DNA of 64,000 nucleotides, taken from a virus. Below are positions 49,201-59,128 of the stretch, piece after piece. Each line of letters begins with the position of its first letter. Positions within the stretch are counted from its first letter, which is position 1. Under the pieces are notes generated by a model. The model searched no databases. It saw nothing but the letters and a program-made list of their open reading frames with translations, and had not been told where the DNA came from. The stretch covers positions 33,024 through 97,023 of IMG/VR virus record IMGVR_UViG_3300027797_000019; one strand, written 5' to 3'. The translations under genes and the position numbers were made by a program.

Positions 49201-51202
49201 AGCAAGACACATTAATGCTTATGACGGTCACGTTAATGCGACTGATGGATATTTTGTAGGACTACTCGAATACGGTGCTAATAGTGGAATTCACAACACT
49301 ACACAAGTAATTGACTCTGGTGGTAGATGGGTAGGTGTAGCAATTGCTGATAATAAAATTGCAAGTTCTGGAAACTGGAATACGGCATATAGTTGGGGTA
49401 ACCATGCATCTATTGGATATGCTACACAAGCATACGTAAATACAGCAGTATCTAATCTTGTAGACTCAGCTCCAGGAACCTTAGATACACTGAATGAATT
49501 AGCCGCAGCTTTAGGTGATGATCCAAACTTTGCAACTACGGTAACAAATAGTATAGCAACAAAGTTACCACTTGCTGGTGGCACAATGACCGGTTCTCTA
49601 AGATTTAATGAAGGTAGTGGATTTGGTCGTGTAGCTTACTTGGATAACTACCACGGTATGATTCTTCGCGGTATTCCAAGTGATGCTGCTGGTAATGTTA
49701 CAGTAGGTGATTATACCTCTTTAATTCAGCATAGTGGTGACTTTAGATTCTACAGAACCAATGGTTCTATAAATGAATTATACTTTCAGGTTAATGCATC
49801 AGCAGCATACTGGAGAGGAAATACTATTTGGCATTCAGGAAATGACGGAGCAGGGTCAGGTCTTGACGCAGATTTACTTGATGGATTTCAAGCTTCACAG
49901 AGTGGTGGAGGTAATGTTGTTCTGACTACAGCATCTAATGGATACTTGTATGTAAACAACTGGATTCATCCTGCAAACGGAACTGGTTTATTTTATGATT
50001 CAGGACCGCACTTTTATGAAAGTGAAGGTCAAATGTACTCATCACATGCTCTGAGAGTTAATGCTAATATTCTTATTACTGATGGTACTGACAATAATAG
50101 ATTTACTAAAGGTAGTAACTTCTTAAACCTTAGAGATCCATGGAATAATCTTCACATGCGGATTGACAGCGGTGGAGGAATGTATTTTGATGCAGGTCAC
50201 TTCTTATTAAGAAGACCTGACGGAGGTACTAACTGGTTGTACTTAGATGGTTCAAACTACAATGTATTCATTGAACAGCATAACTATGCTCGTGTAACAT
50301 TTAGATATAACACTGACAGATACGCTCAGTCATGGTATAACTCTACTACTGGTGCATACTGGTGGGTAACTACTGATGCCGGACAACTAGGTCTTCACAG
50401 AAATGGTGATGGTGATAAGTTTTACTTTAGTAATGGTGGTGACTTTTACTCAACAACAAATGGTTGGTTAAGCACAGCTCTTGCAGGTAAATCTAATACT
50501 GGTCATACTCACGATGATAGATACTATACAGAATCTGAATCTGATGCAAGATATCAACCAATAGAAAATCAAAGATTATCTACCAGCAACTCACCAACGT
50601 TTGCTGGACTTACTATTAACGGTGGAGTTAATGCATATGCAGGTGTTATTAGATTAAATGAAATACGATTTACTGATACAGCAGGAAGCACAGAGTCTGA
50701 TCCATACACTATGCGTTGGGTTAGTGAAAGTTCAGTTCGTGGTGCTGGTTTAAGCTGGTTGGAGTTTCAGCTTAATGATGACTCAAACGAAGAAATACGT
50801 ATATATGGTAATTCTTGTGTTGGATATGGTTGTGGTACATATTCTGAAAATCTTTATCACCGGTTTAGGGCAGATGGTTATGCATGGCATGCTGGTGATT
50901 TAGAAGTTGGAGGAACTATTACAGAAAACTCATCCATTCGATATAAAGAAAACGTCCGACCACTTGAATCAGTTTCTGATAAGATTGCTAAAGTAGCACC
51001 AGTACGATATAATAAAAAAGGTGGTAGTACAGAAGAAATTGGATTCATCGCCGAAGATATGGCAACAATATATCCTGAAGTAGTAAAATTTGATGCCGAA
51101 GGTAGACCTGATGGTATTAACTATACTCGTCTATCAGCAATTTTGATTAAAGCTGTCCAGGAATTAACCAACAAAGTAAACAAACTAGAAAAGAAAGCAT
51201 AA
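46217..51202 (+). CDS. Tail fibre with C-terminal intramolecular chaperone (Peptidase S74)
   Basis: APGTLDTLNELAAALGDDPNFATT, GSGLDADLLDG, SSIRYKENV...IGFIAED...YPEVV...INY...LIKAVQEL coiled coil. Confidence 0.9.
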   Translation: MASTQITGRQIADGSIERSDINISAAGKALIRKIIETPSTGLTISSYTGADSGTGDVTLAIDTNTIATRAWVQAQGYLTSNDGYISEVALHGNDLQFTGVGNAFSGNVDLSSLIPTEVDTLATVTSRGAVTSTPVTFNSNVTLGNNADLIFQDLAGVFPTTGKGFDWTLNNDGARIYAIQPSSDSIDFVFQLRDNATTNDRFVFWVQEWRGVAYDKYPLIIRGGTEFDLVDSGLFIRGTQVITNGRNLQNVSGNISMFTNDSGYITVAALNGYATQTYVNTNIQSGLDSLAAVAHSGAYADLSGTPAYAITATQWTVNHTLADGTRYLINDVVYDNGNIYRALFENESIPTSNTTYWQLVGPGSRINLDGRDIPNIQFTQLSSVPTTIAGYGITNAYTDAQIQNFFNGANAITGYNKSNWDTAYSWGNHATAGYQPASTAINTSNIGSQSVNYANSAGSSTTTLRGTVEDTRGGQRTPTDYDDYRVSWEFTNQISGLSGNSTWWSAMTIQGWHDGYAAWQIIGPASSAVEDFYLRSGNNDTWNTSRRIWHNGDFTTTNVSNWNTAYSWGNHATVGYATQTWVQSQGYLTSVSDIWVNTSGDTMTGALTFQGGWASTILDGDNVVLRKPNYSSGGWARTLLNFQEYDTTSLFQIGGYGSNNTMTYGYLGSAYNTPTFRWYANKNVVFDGNVGFGVVPSTGDRVEVAGSFRVHTGNNWDGVTIYSDGANGYIRGLGDETGLHIRSEYGNIYLADDRGVVGIGDIHASYKFNVSGAIRLTGSLVFDDTTSNTIQHRAGTDINTLVTVGHGGFDHNGYLRIGGANVATQSWVTSQGYLTSYTETDTLNSVTTRSATTSNTIQVGKLGIGRAAGSNESISVENPEGTWLIQGFRSGVSAGGLHTNDGVLHVQSANVRIQASSNATWNGDTLATRPWVTSQGYLTSLPAHNHDGVYLPINPDGDGPAWSYADENPTINGKYVGGGQRFGADGDNLTGGFLQARHINAYDGHVNATDGYFVGLLEYGANSGIHNTTQVIDSGGRWVGVAIADNKIASSGNWNTAYSWGNHASIGYATQAYVNTAVSNLVDSAPGTLDTLNELAAALGDDPNFATTVTNSIATKLPLAGGTMTGSLRFNEGSGFGRVAYLDNYHGMILRGIPSDAAGNVTVGDYTSLIQHSGDFRFYRTNGSINELYFQVNASAAYWRGNTIWHSGNDGAGSGLDADLLDGFQASQSGGGNVVLTTASNGYLYVNNWIHPANGTGLFYDSGPHFYESEGQMYSSHALRVNANILITDGTDNNRFTKGSNFLNLRDPWNNLHMRIDSGGGMYFDAGHFLLRRPDGGTNWLYLDGSNYNVFIEQHNYARVTFRYNTDRYAQSWYNSTTGAYWWVTTDAGQLGLHRNGDGDKFYFSNGGDFYSTTNGWLSTALAGKSNTGHTHDDRYYTESESDARYQPIENQRLSTSNSPTFAGLTINGGVNAYAGVIRLNEIRFTDTAGSTESDPYTMRWVSESSVRGAGLSWLEFQLNDDSNEEIRIYGNSCVGYGCGTYSENLYHRFRADGYAWHAGDLEVGGTITENSSIRYKENVRPLESVSDKIAKVAPVRYNKKGGSTEEIGFIAEDMATIYPEVVKFDAEGRPDGINYTRLSAILIKAVQELTNKVNKLEKKA

Positions 51203-54200
51203 GATATGGCTAATTTAAGGAATACCGTAGTTACAGGATCTCTAAGACTTGCAAGTCATGGAGCGGGTATGGTGCGTACTGATGCAAATGGTACCATCTC
51301 TACTGCTGCAATGACAGCAGGAGACCTTCCTTCTCACAACCATGACGACAGATATTACACTGAGTCTGAAATAAATTCACTTTTAAGTGCAAAACAAGAT
51401 ACTGCCACAGCAATTACAACAAGTAACATTGGTAGTCAGTCTGTAAATTATGCTAACTCTGCAGGTACTTCTGGACAAGTGAGTGGTGTATCTGTTTCTA
51501 GTTTACAGATGCAATACCTTAAAAACACTTTAGACCCCTCAACTCTTCCTTATACGTGTGATATCTATGTAGATGGTGATGCTAATACCTATTATCCTGT
51601 TCATTTCATATGGGGAGACCAGGACGTTTGGAGAAGAATTGTAATAAAGCGTGGATATGGTGAAGAAGCTCCTTGGGACCCCATTGGAACTGGTTCTCAC
51701 CACGGTGGACTTCTTTTAGACTGGGAAGGAAACTTTGGTGGATGGGGTGGAGCAGAATACTCTGATAGACTTCGTGTATTTAATGAATCATATACTAACG
51801 TATGTGCTGATATGTACATCTATACCCATTCAATGGGTTATGTATTTATGCTTCGTGGTGGTCATGCATTATATCATATTTTTTCTGATCAACCTATTCG
51901 AGGATATCATCAAACAGGTACACCTGATATTGCGTATAATACAAGTACATTGTTTTATGATCATTCAAATACATCTTATAGAGTATATGCTCCATCACCT
52001 GTAACTACAGTAAACTCATCTCGTATTGATGGTCTCAGAACTAAAAAGCAATCTCTTTTTGATAATAGATATCTTAGACAAGGTGTAGATATTAACGGTA
52101 TTGGTAGTATTACTACTACTAACAGTTATGCTACAAACTTTATGGCTGCAAATGCCTTTTATTTAAATGGTCAGTCTTATTACTTAAACTCATATAACGG
52201 AGGTATTTATACCAACGCTAGATTTGAGTCAGCTAGTAATATCTATATGAGTGGTAATCTTGTTGCCACTCAAGCATGGGTTCAAGCCCAAGGATACAGA
52301 ACAACAGATTCTGATAATCAGACACTAAGTGTTTCTGGTAGTACTCTTACTATTTCAGGTGGTAACTCAGTTACTATGCCTAGTGGAGGAATTTCGCAAG
52401 GCGATGCTGATGCAAGATATTTACGTTATACAGGTGCAGAGCTAACAGAAGGGAATTATTTTTATTACAGAAGTAATCGTGGTTCATATCTTGGGGAATT
52501 AAATAGTGCTAGTCTTCAAGTATATGCTACAGGAGGTAATTCAGCATTTATGTCTTTTCATAGAAGTGGAAATTATGCTGTAAACTTTGGTTTAGACGCC
52601 GATAATGTTATGCGTATTGGTGGATGGTCTGCTAGTGCTGATCGTTGGGTATTGGATATGAGTGGTAACAATACTGTTGCTGGTTCTTTTCGTGCTCCAA
52701 TTTTTTACGATTCTGCAGACACTACATATTATGGTGATTTTGCTGGTACATCTTGGCTTAGACATCTATCCGTAGGTGATGTAAATGCATCTAATGATGG
52801 TGGATGGAATGCCAGATTAAACCTAACTGGTTCATCTCACGCAAGACTTGATGTAAAGAGTAATAGTGATGGTATTATTACTACAATGTACTCTCACACT
52901 GGCCAAGGAGTTGGTAGGGTCGGAACCTCTTCTAACCACCCATTAGCATTTATGGTTAATGGTGGTATCGCTGGATACGCATATGCTAATTACCTACAAG
53001 GGGTTGATTCTGTTCGTGCCCCAATCTTCTACGATTCTCAAAACACAAACTACTATGTAGATCCAAATAGCAACTCATACTTATCAAGGCTTCATGTTGC
53101 AGACGCTAGTAGTGGTGTTTCAATGCATGTTGGTCTTGGCTCTACTCACGGAGTTTATACATTAGATAACGACAGAAAGTACTTGGTAGTATCAGGTGAG
53201 TACTACCCTCATATGGCACTTGTTGCTAGATCTGCAAATAACACAAATCACGGAGCCGTATTTTCTTTTGTTGGAACAGAGGGTAGTTCTCCAAGGCAAT
53301 GGAACCTTGGAATTGCAAATCAGAATCCTTTTATATTTAGCATTGGATATAATACAACTAACGATACAAATCCTCACTACGGCGTAGGAGACGGTTGGTC
53401 TAGTAATGATGCTAACCACGCAAGATTAAGTATCGATAGAAGTGGAAATACAAAGATTCGTGGTATGCTTTATGTTAACGGAACTAGCGGTGGTATATCT
53501 ACCGGTAGTGCTGTTATTCACGCAGGTAACATAGGTTCACAATCTGTAAGTTACGCTACTACATCGGGTGCGTTAACTTCAATGAACATATCTCAATTCA
53601 CAAATAACTCTGGGTATATAACATCCGGAGACACAACGACAGGGATATTTACTACTTTCTTAGGTAACGGAACTAGCAATATAGGCAGCGGTTATACTAG
53701 AGTAATTAGGAATGAAAACGGATTAGGTGGCAATCCTAACTATGCACCTATTTTGCACATCGCTGCTTCTGATACAATGTGGCAAATCGCTGGTCCACAC
53801 GCCGGTCAAACAAATTTAGTTTGGAGGTCTGGGTATGCTGGAGCTTGGGATACCCCTTGGTGGACAATTCTTCATACAGGGAACTATACTTCATTCGCAC
53901 CATCTTTGACGGGAACTGGAGCATCCGGTACTTGGGGTATAAGTATTACAGGTAATGCCAATACTGCAACCACTGCTGGGGCGTTAACCTCAATGAACAT
54001 ATCTCAATTCACTAATAACAGTGGATATATTACGGGTTCTTATGTTGTTGCTAATGGAACTAGTGCTGGTGATATTGATGCTGATTGGGGACAGTCATTT
54101 AAAACTTTTGATCCTGTTCCAAGCGGTACTCCACCATTAGCATCACCAAATATTAGAACAATAAATGTCGGAGAAAACTATGCAAGGAGAACACAATTAG

Positions 54201-57200
54201 CATTTAATTACTCTTCAGATCAGGCTTGGTTTAGAAGAAGACAAGATAGTACTTGGTATACTTGGAGGGAGTTTATCCATAGTGGTAATATAGGTTCACA
54301 ATCTGTAAACTATGCATCATCTGCAAATTATGCTACATCAGCAGGTAATTCTGATACAGTAGATGGATATCATGAATCATCTTTTTGGAGAGATGGACAA
54401 AATAGAGTTATTGGTGTACTTCGATTTACTGGAGAAGGTGGCGACTCCGGTAATGGTTCTCTTGCAACATCATACGGAATATATCAACAAGGCGGAGCTT
54501 GGACTCATCCTTATCCTGATCTTTGCATTGGATTTCACACTGGAATTAAAATTGGCGCTCATTATAGTTATCAAGGAACTCGTTTTTACAATAATTCTGA
54601 CTGGGCTACAGAGATTTTTTCAGTAGGGAATGGAGATAATCATGTAAGAGTTCAAAATAACTTATATGTTTATGGTAACACCTACTTGGGAGACGGTAAT
54701 GGTGATGAAGTTCACATTAATGATATTCTTAGAGTAGGTGCTACAGATTCTGGTGATGCTCATATTTTCTTTGGTGAGGGTGGTTCTGCAGGTTCTGACT
54801 ATGGGGCACATTTGTACTGGGATTCTGGATATACTTTCACATGGAACACCAGAAATGCAGGTACTGATACTAGACTATTTAGTTATGTTACTAATGATAC
54901 AACGTACCTGTATTGGAATCGTCACCATCATTTAGAAAACAAAGAACTTAATTATGTAGGTCAGTTACATCTAAATAACGGTTTTGCTCTTCAGCAATCA
55001 GGTAGTTATGGATATATAAACAACTGGTTAAAACTAGGAACCACAGGTATATTTTCAGATACAAACTCAGCTCATATATATCCTAATACTTCTACATCAT
55101 ACGGTTCTTGGAGAATGGATGGTAGTAGAGGCGGTTGGAGAGGTATCAACTTTGCAGGAAATGTCACACTCATGATGAATGATAATGAGACAGGTTTTTA
55201 CAGAGATGGATATGGATGGCAATGGCGATGGGAAAATGGTACTGGTTATATTTATAAAAATGGTCAAGGTGGTGGAACATCAGCTGCAATTTTAGACAGT
55301 TCTAACTGGACAAACTATGTTACTACTTTACAAGGTTATAGCGCTAGTGCTTTAGTGACCCAGTCTAGAGGTATGCACTCAGGAAGTGATTTTCCTAATG
55401 GTACACTTGTAAGAACAAGTATTGATGCCAATGGATGGGCTGGAAATTCTTTTGTAATGGAAGTTTCTGGTAAGAGTTATGGATCAGGTACACCATTTAA
55501 ACTTGTGATGGAAGGTTACTTGTATGCTGATACTATTATCAATGTATCTGCAATGTCTTATGGATCATATTTCCCTGGTGGACTTGTGGTATTTAGACTT
55601 GATGGAAAACTTTGTTTCTGGTGGGCAAGAGGTTCATACTGGAATTCATTTGAAGTTCATGTAAGAAGTGCTGATGGTGAATCATGGAACAGAGTTACTA
55701 GTATTGGTGATTCTCCTGATCCAGGTGGTGACAAAAGAGTTGGTTGTACACCAACACAAGTTGTTCACTCAGGTAATATTGGATCACAATCTGTTAACTA
55801 CGCAAGTAGTGCAGGTAATTCAGCTCAACTCAATGGCTTGAGCAAAATACAACTTTGGAATAACAGTGGACAAGGACATGGTACCTATCAAACATTTGGA
55901 GCAATTCCAAACTTTGGTGTATGGTTTATGCAAGGCTCTGGTGCTGCAGATACTCCACAGGCAGGTTCTCAATACTATGTACAGACACAAGGTTTAGGTA
56001 ATGATTATGCATATGGTACTTATGGATTAATGACTGCTGTAGCAAGAAATCATGATCGTAAGTATACTTATTATAGAACACAAGAAGGTGGTAGTTGGGG
56101 AAGTTGGACAAAAGCAGCTGCAGGTTATGCTGATGAAGCAGGTACTGCGAATGCTGTTGCATGGACCAACGTGTCTGGTAGACCCACAGCTTTATCTCAG
56201 TTTACAAATGATTTAACATTTACATCAAGTGATACATTGCAGTCTGTAACAAACAGAGGTGCAAGTACATCAGCTCAAGTAAGTTTTACAAAAACTGATG
56301 ATCATGCTATATCTGTAGGAACTATCAGAGGTAGAGCAGTAGGTTCTCAAACTGGAGAATTTATCCAGTTATATGAAAGAGTAAATATAGGTGGACCAAG
56401 TGGATGGGGAGCTAGTAATACATCAGCACCATCTTTTGGTTTATCAGTTTATGGTGGAGCTAATATTGGCTATGGTAATAATGCTAGTTTATTTGCTTAT
56501 GCTTATAGAGGTAATGGTAATGTAGGAGGAACAGGAGAAGCATCTTGGCACCCTGCTGGTATATACTCTGGCGGTACACAATGGTTTTATGGAACTACAT
56601 ATCGTAACAATGCTGCAACATATGACCATGGTAATTTATACTTTAGCGGTAATTATGGTTATGGTATAGTTGGTTTGTATAACGCTTCAAGATACCAAGC
56701 AGTTTTTGCAATGGGTGATTCATATAGACTACCTATTGATGGTACAACTACAGGAAATCTTTATGGTCTTGCTTGGTCACATCCTAATGCAGGAGGTGTA
56801 GCAAGTAACTTGAATTCACACGGTCTTCTTGTAATGGAGAATGGTACATTCTTAGCAGCAATTTCTGGTTCAATTAGAGCTAGAGATGATGTGCGTGCTC
56901 CTGCTCTTTATGATTCAGGTTCTCGTGTAGCTATTTCAAGAGGTGAAGGTAGAGACTATGTTAATTATTCAAGATATGTTTATAACAATGGTGCATACTC
57001 AGGTTCTGGATGGATTGAACCATCTGATCTTGGTGTAAGATATGCAGCTTCTGCAGGAAGTGCCTCTACTGCTCGTTATTTACCAACATATTATGTTGGT
57101 GGTCAACAAACAAATCCTCAAGTATACTTTAACAATGGTGTTGGCTTTAACGTTGCTATGACTGGAGCATGGTCAGTTTGGTCAGATACTCTTTGGATAA

Positions 57201-57990
57201 ATGGATATTCTGGAGGAGATGTTCCTTGGATGTGTGCTCTTCATTTTTTAAGAAATAGCGAACCAAGAATGGCTATATCTGCTCAAAGATTTGATTCAAG
57301 CGGTTATGGTTCATACTATGAAGTTATAACAGCATACAATATTGCTTCTCAAACCGTAGCTTCTGCAGGTAATGCAACAACAGCAGGTGGATTAGCAGTA
57401 CATGGTGGTAGAAACAATGAAGTAAACAAAATTGTAAGAACAGATGCCAATGGATATATACAAGCGGGATGGATTAACACAACTTCTGGAGCATTTTCAA
57501 GTGGTATAAATAAAATATATTGTTCTGATGATGACTATATGCGTTATCAAACTCCAGCAAACTTTATATCAAACTTAGGATTAATTACTACTGGTAATAT
57601 AGGTTCTCAGTCAGTAAACTATGCTAATAGTGCAGGTTCTGCAGGTTCTGTATCATGGGGTAATGTTAGTTCAAAGCCTGCTGGTTGGTTAAATACTGCA
57701 ACACTTGTAGAAGAGATTGCACCAAGTGCAAGTGCTTTCCCTAGTGGTTTCTATCAGTCTTACTTGGGTGCAGGTAATCCAACAGGAACATGGTTCAACT
57801 ATATTAACGTAAGACATAGTAATCCTGCAAACGGTCATGGATATCAGTTAGGAATGTCTTACTATGACAACATTCTATGGTTTAGAAGTTATCAAGGAGG
57901 TTTATCACCATCATTTCAATCATGGGCGTATGCTATTAGTAGTCAAAATATTGGATCACAGTCTGTAAGTTATGCAACTTCAGCAGGTTC
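47549..57990 (+). repeat. Dispersed NIGSQSV(N/S)YA linker repeats in both fibres
   Basis: Copies at 47549, 51425, 53528, 54287, 55775, 57338 (variant NIASQTV), 57596, 57947. Confidence 0.85.
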
Positions 57991-58639
57991 TGCAACATCT
58001 GCAACTACAGCTAGTACATTATCAGGAAATGCAACTATTAATGGACTAAACTTTGGAGGTGTTTTTGCATTAACTGGATCAGGAGCTTCTACTAGTAATA
58101 GTACTGGTACTAGAATGAGTGAAAGTTATGGTGTACTTTGGAACTTTAGTAATTCTGCAACATGGCATCATCAAATAATAAATGGTTCTTCATTAGTTGG
58201 ATTTCAATCTTCTGGTGGGAACTATGGTGGGGGTAATTATTATGGAACAGGTGATGTTACTGCATATTATTCTGATGAAAGATTAAAAACTAAGATAACC
58301 ACTATTACAGATGCTATAGAAAAAATTAAATCTTTAGAAGGTTTTGTATACATAGAAAATGATTTAGCTAGAAGTTTAGGTTACACTAACGAAAAAGAAC
58401 AAGTTGGGGTATCTGCTCAAAAAATTCAAGCTGTATTACCGCAGGCTGTTTCTTTAGCACCATTTGATATGCAAGGTGTTCCAGAGACAGGAGAAATTAT
58501 ATCTAAAACTGGAGAAAACTATCTTACTGTAAAATATGATCGTATTGTACCTTTATTAATTGAAGGTATTAAAGAGCAGCAATTACAGATAGAAAAGATG
58601 AAAAAACAAATTGATGAACTTAAAGCTAAGCTTGTATAA
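51206..58639 (+). CDS. Giant mosaic tail fibre (2477 aa) with Peptidase S74 chaperone
   Basis: YSDERLK...GVSAQKIQAVLPQAV...VKYDRIVPLLIEGIKE; many G/S/Y/W-rich modules separated by NIGSQSVxYA linkers. Confidence 0.9.
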   Translation: MANLRNTVVTGSLRLASHGAGMVRTDANGTISTAAMTAGDLPSHNHDDRYYTESEINSLLSAKQDTATAITTSNIGSQSVNYANSAGTSGQVSGVSVSSLQMQYLKNTLDPSTLPYTCDIYVDGDANTYYPVHFIWGDQDVWRRIVIKRGYGEEAPWDPIGTGSHHGGLLLDWEGNFGGWGGAEYSDRLRVFNESYTNVCADMYIYTHSMGYVFMLRGGHALYHIFSDQPIRGYHQTGTPDIAYNTSTLFYDHSNTSYRVYAPSPVTTVNSSRIDGLRTKKQSLFDNRYLRQGVDINGIGSITTTNSYATNFMAANAFYLNGQSYYLNSYNGGIYTNARFESASNIYMSGNLVATQAWVQAQGYRTTDSDNQTLSVSGSTLTISGGNSVTMPSGGISQGDADARYLRYTGAELTEGNYFYYRSNRGSYLGELNSASLQVYATGGNSAFMSFHRSGNYAVNFGLDADNVMRIGGWSASADRWVLDMSGNNTVAGSFRAPIFYDSADTTYYGDFAGTSWLRHLSVGDVNASNDGGWNARLNLTGSSHARLDVKSNSDGIITTMYSHTGQGVGRVGTSSNHPLAFMVNGGIAGYAYANYLQGVDSVRAPIFYDSQNTNYYVDPNSNSYLSRLHVADASSGVSMHVGLGSTHGVYTLDNDRKYLVVSGEYYPHMALVARSANNTNHGAVFSFVGTEGSSPRQWNLGIANQNPFIFSIGYNTTNDTNPHYGVGDGWSSNDANHARLSIDRSGNTKIRGMLYVNGTSGGISTGSAVIHAGNIGSQSVSYATTSGALTSMNISQFTNNSGYITSGDTTTGIFTTFLGNGTSNIGSGYTRVIRNENGLGGNPNYAPILHIAASDTMWQIAGPHAGQTNLVWRSGYAGAWDTPWWTILHTGNYTSFAPSLTGTGASGTWGISITGNANTATTAGALTSMNISQFTNNSGYITGSYVVANGTSAGDIDADWGQSFKTFDPVPSGTPPLASPNIRTINVGENYARRTQLAFNYSSDQAWFRRRQDSTWYTWREFIHSGNIGSQSVNYASSANYATSAGNSDTVDGYHESSFWRDGQNRVIGVLRFTGEGGDSGNGSLATSYGIYQQGGAWTHPYPDLCIGFHTGIKIGAHYSYQGTRFYNNSDWATEIFSVGNGDNHVRVQNNLYVYGNTYLGDGNGDEVHINDILRVGATDSGDAHIFFGEGGSAGSDYGAHLYWDSGYTFTWNTRNAGTDTRLFSYVTNDTTYLYWNRHHHLENKELNYVGQLHLNNGFALQQSGSYGYINNWLKLGTTGIFSDTNSAHIYPNTSTSYGSWRMDGSRGGWRGINFAGNVTLMMNDNETGFYRDGYGWQWRWENGTGYIYKNGQGGGTSAAILDSSNWTNYVTTLQGYSASALVTQSRGMHSGSDFPNGTLVRTSIDANGWAGNSFVMEVSGKSYGSGTPFKLVMEGYLYADTIINVSAMSYGSYFPGGLVVFRLDGKLCFWWARGSYWNSFEVHVRSADGESWNRVTSIGDSPDPGGDKRVGCTPTQVVHSGNIGSQSVNYASSAGNSAQLNGLSKIQLWNNSGQGHGTYQTFGAIPNFGVWFMQGSGAADTPQAGSQYYVQTQGLGNDYAYGTYGLMTAVARNHDRKYTYYRTQEGGSWGSWTKAAAGYADEAGTANAVAWTNVSGRPTALSQFTNDLTFTSSDTLQSVTNRGASTSAQVSFTKTDDHAISVGTIRGRAVGSQTGEFIQLYERVNIGGPSGWGASNTSAPSFGLSVYGGANIGYGNNASLFAYAYRGNGNVGGTGEASWHPAGIYSGGTQWFYGTTYRNNAATYDHGNLYFSGNYGYGIVGLYNASRYQAVFAMGDSYRLPIDGTTTGNLYGLAWSHPNAGGVASNLNSHGLLVMENGTFLAAISGSIRARDDVRAPALYDSGSRVAISRGEGRDYVNYSRYVYNNGAYSGSGWIEPSDLGVRYAASAGSASTARYLPTYYVGGQQTNPQVYFNNGVGFNVAMTGAWSVWSDTLWINGYSGGDVPWMCALHFLRNSEPRMAISAQRFDSSGYGSYYEVITAYNIASQTVASAGNATTAGGLAVHGGRNNEVNKIVRTDANGYIQAGWINTTSGAFSSGINKIYCSDDDYMRYQTPANFISNLGLITTGNIGSQSVNYANSAGSAGSVSWGNVSSKPAGWLNTATLVEEIAPSASAFPSGFYQSYLGAGNPTGTWFNYINVRHSNPANGHGYQLGMSYYDNILWFRSYQGGLSPSFQSWAYAISSQNIGSQSVSYATSAGSATSATTASTLSGNATINGLNFGGVFALTGSGASTSNSTGTRMSESYGVLWNFSNSATWHHQIINGSSLVGFQSSGGNYGGGNYYGTGDVTAYYSDERLKTKITTITDAIEKIKSLEGFVYIENDLARSLGYTNEKEQVGVSAQKIQAVLPQAVSLAPFDMQGVPETGEIISKTGENYLTVKYDRIVPLLIEGIKEQQLQIEKMKKQIDELKAKLV
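53570..54019 (+). repeat. 39-bp direct repeat (37/39 identical), 411 bp apart, in frame
   Basis: GCGTTAAC(T/C)TCAATGAACATATCTCAATTCAC(A/T)AATAAC at 53570-53608 and 53981-54019. Confidence 0.9.
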
Positions 58640-58641
58640 AA

Positions 58642-59052
58642 ATGGCACTACCTAGTTCTAGTACAATAGCAATGTCGCAGATAAATACTGAACTTGGTCG
58701 TTCAGCATCTGCTACTATATCGCTTGATACTGCTGAAAATGGGGGTTATGGTGCTATTAATCAAAATAGTTCTTCAAGACCAAATGCATCAAATCCAGCA
58801 GCTATGAGTGAGTGGTATGGTTACAATCACAGTGCAAGTGGTGGTGGTGAGCCTCAGAACTGTTTCTCAGCAGTAGTTGCGCAAGAAGGATTTTGGGAGG
58901 CATTTACATGTGATGGTAGTCGTACTTCAGGTAACGGAGGCAGTGGCGACCCAATAAACTGCTGTATAAATTTCGATCAACCATATATAAATCTTGAGAT
59001 GATTGGTGGTGGTTGTCAAGGTGGATGTGGTCGGGGAAACATCGAATTTTAA
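58642..59052 (+). CDS. Small fibre-associated protein with Cys-rich C-terminal domain
   Basis: MALPSSSTIAMSQINTELG...MSEWYGY N-terminus, typically found just downstream of S74 fibres. Confidence 0.55.
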   Translation: MALPSSSTIAMSQINTELGRSASATISLDTAENGGYGAINQNSSSRPNASNPAAMSEWYGYNHSASGGGEPQNCFSAVVAQEGFWEAFTCDGSRTSGNGGSGDPINCCINFDQPYINLEMIGGGCQGGCGRGNIEF

Positions 59053-59087
59053 AAACTTTTAAACTTGGAGAATTTATTAAAATTTTG

Positions 59088-59103
59088 TATATTATTAATG
59101 TAG
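59088..59103 (+). promoter_or_regulatory. Putative phage promoter motif
   Basis: TATATTATTAATGTAG, 25 nt upstream of the ATG at 59129. Confidence 0.5.
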
Positions 59104-59128
59104 AACTTACCTAAAAACTTATATAAAA

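Noticed and set aside
46217-59052. Diversity-generating retroelement or shufflon acting on the fibres
   Set aside because: No reverse transcriptase or recombinase, no adenine-specific TR/VR pair and no inverted cassettes seen in this window.
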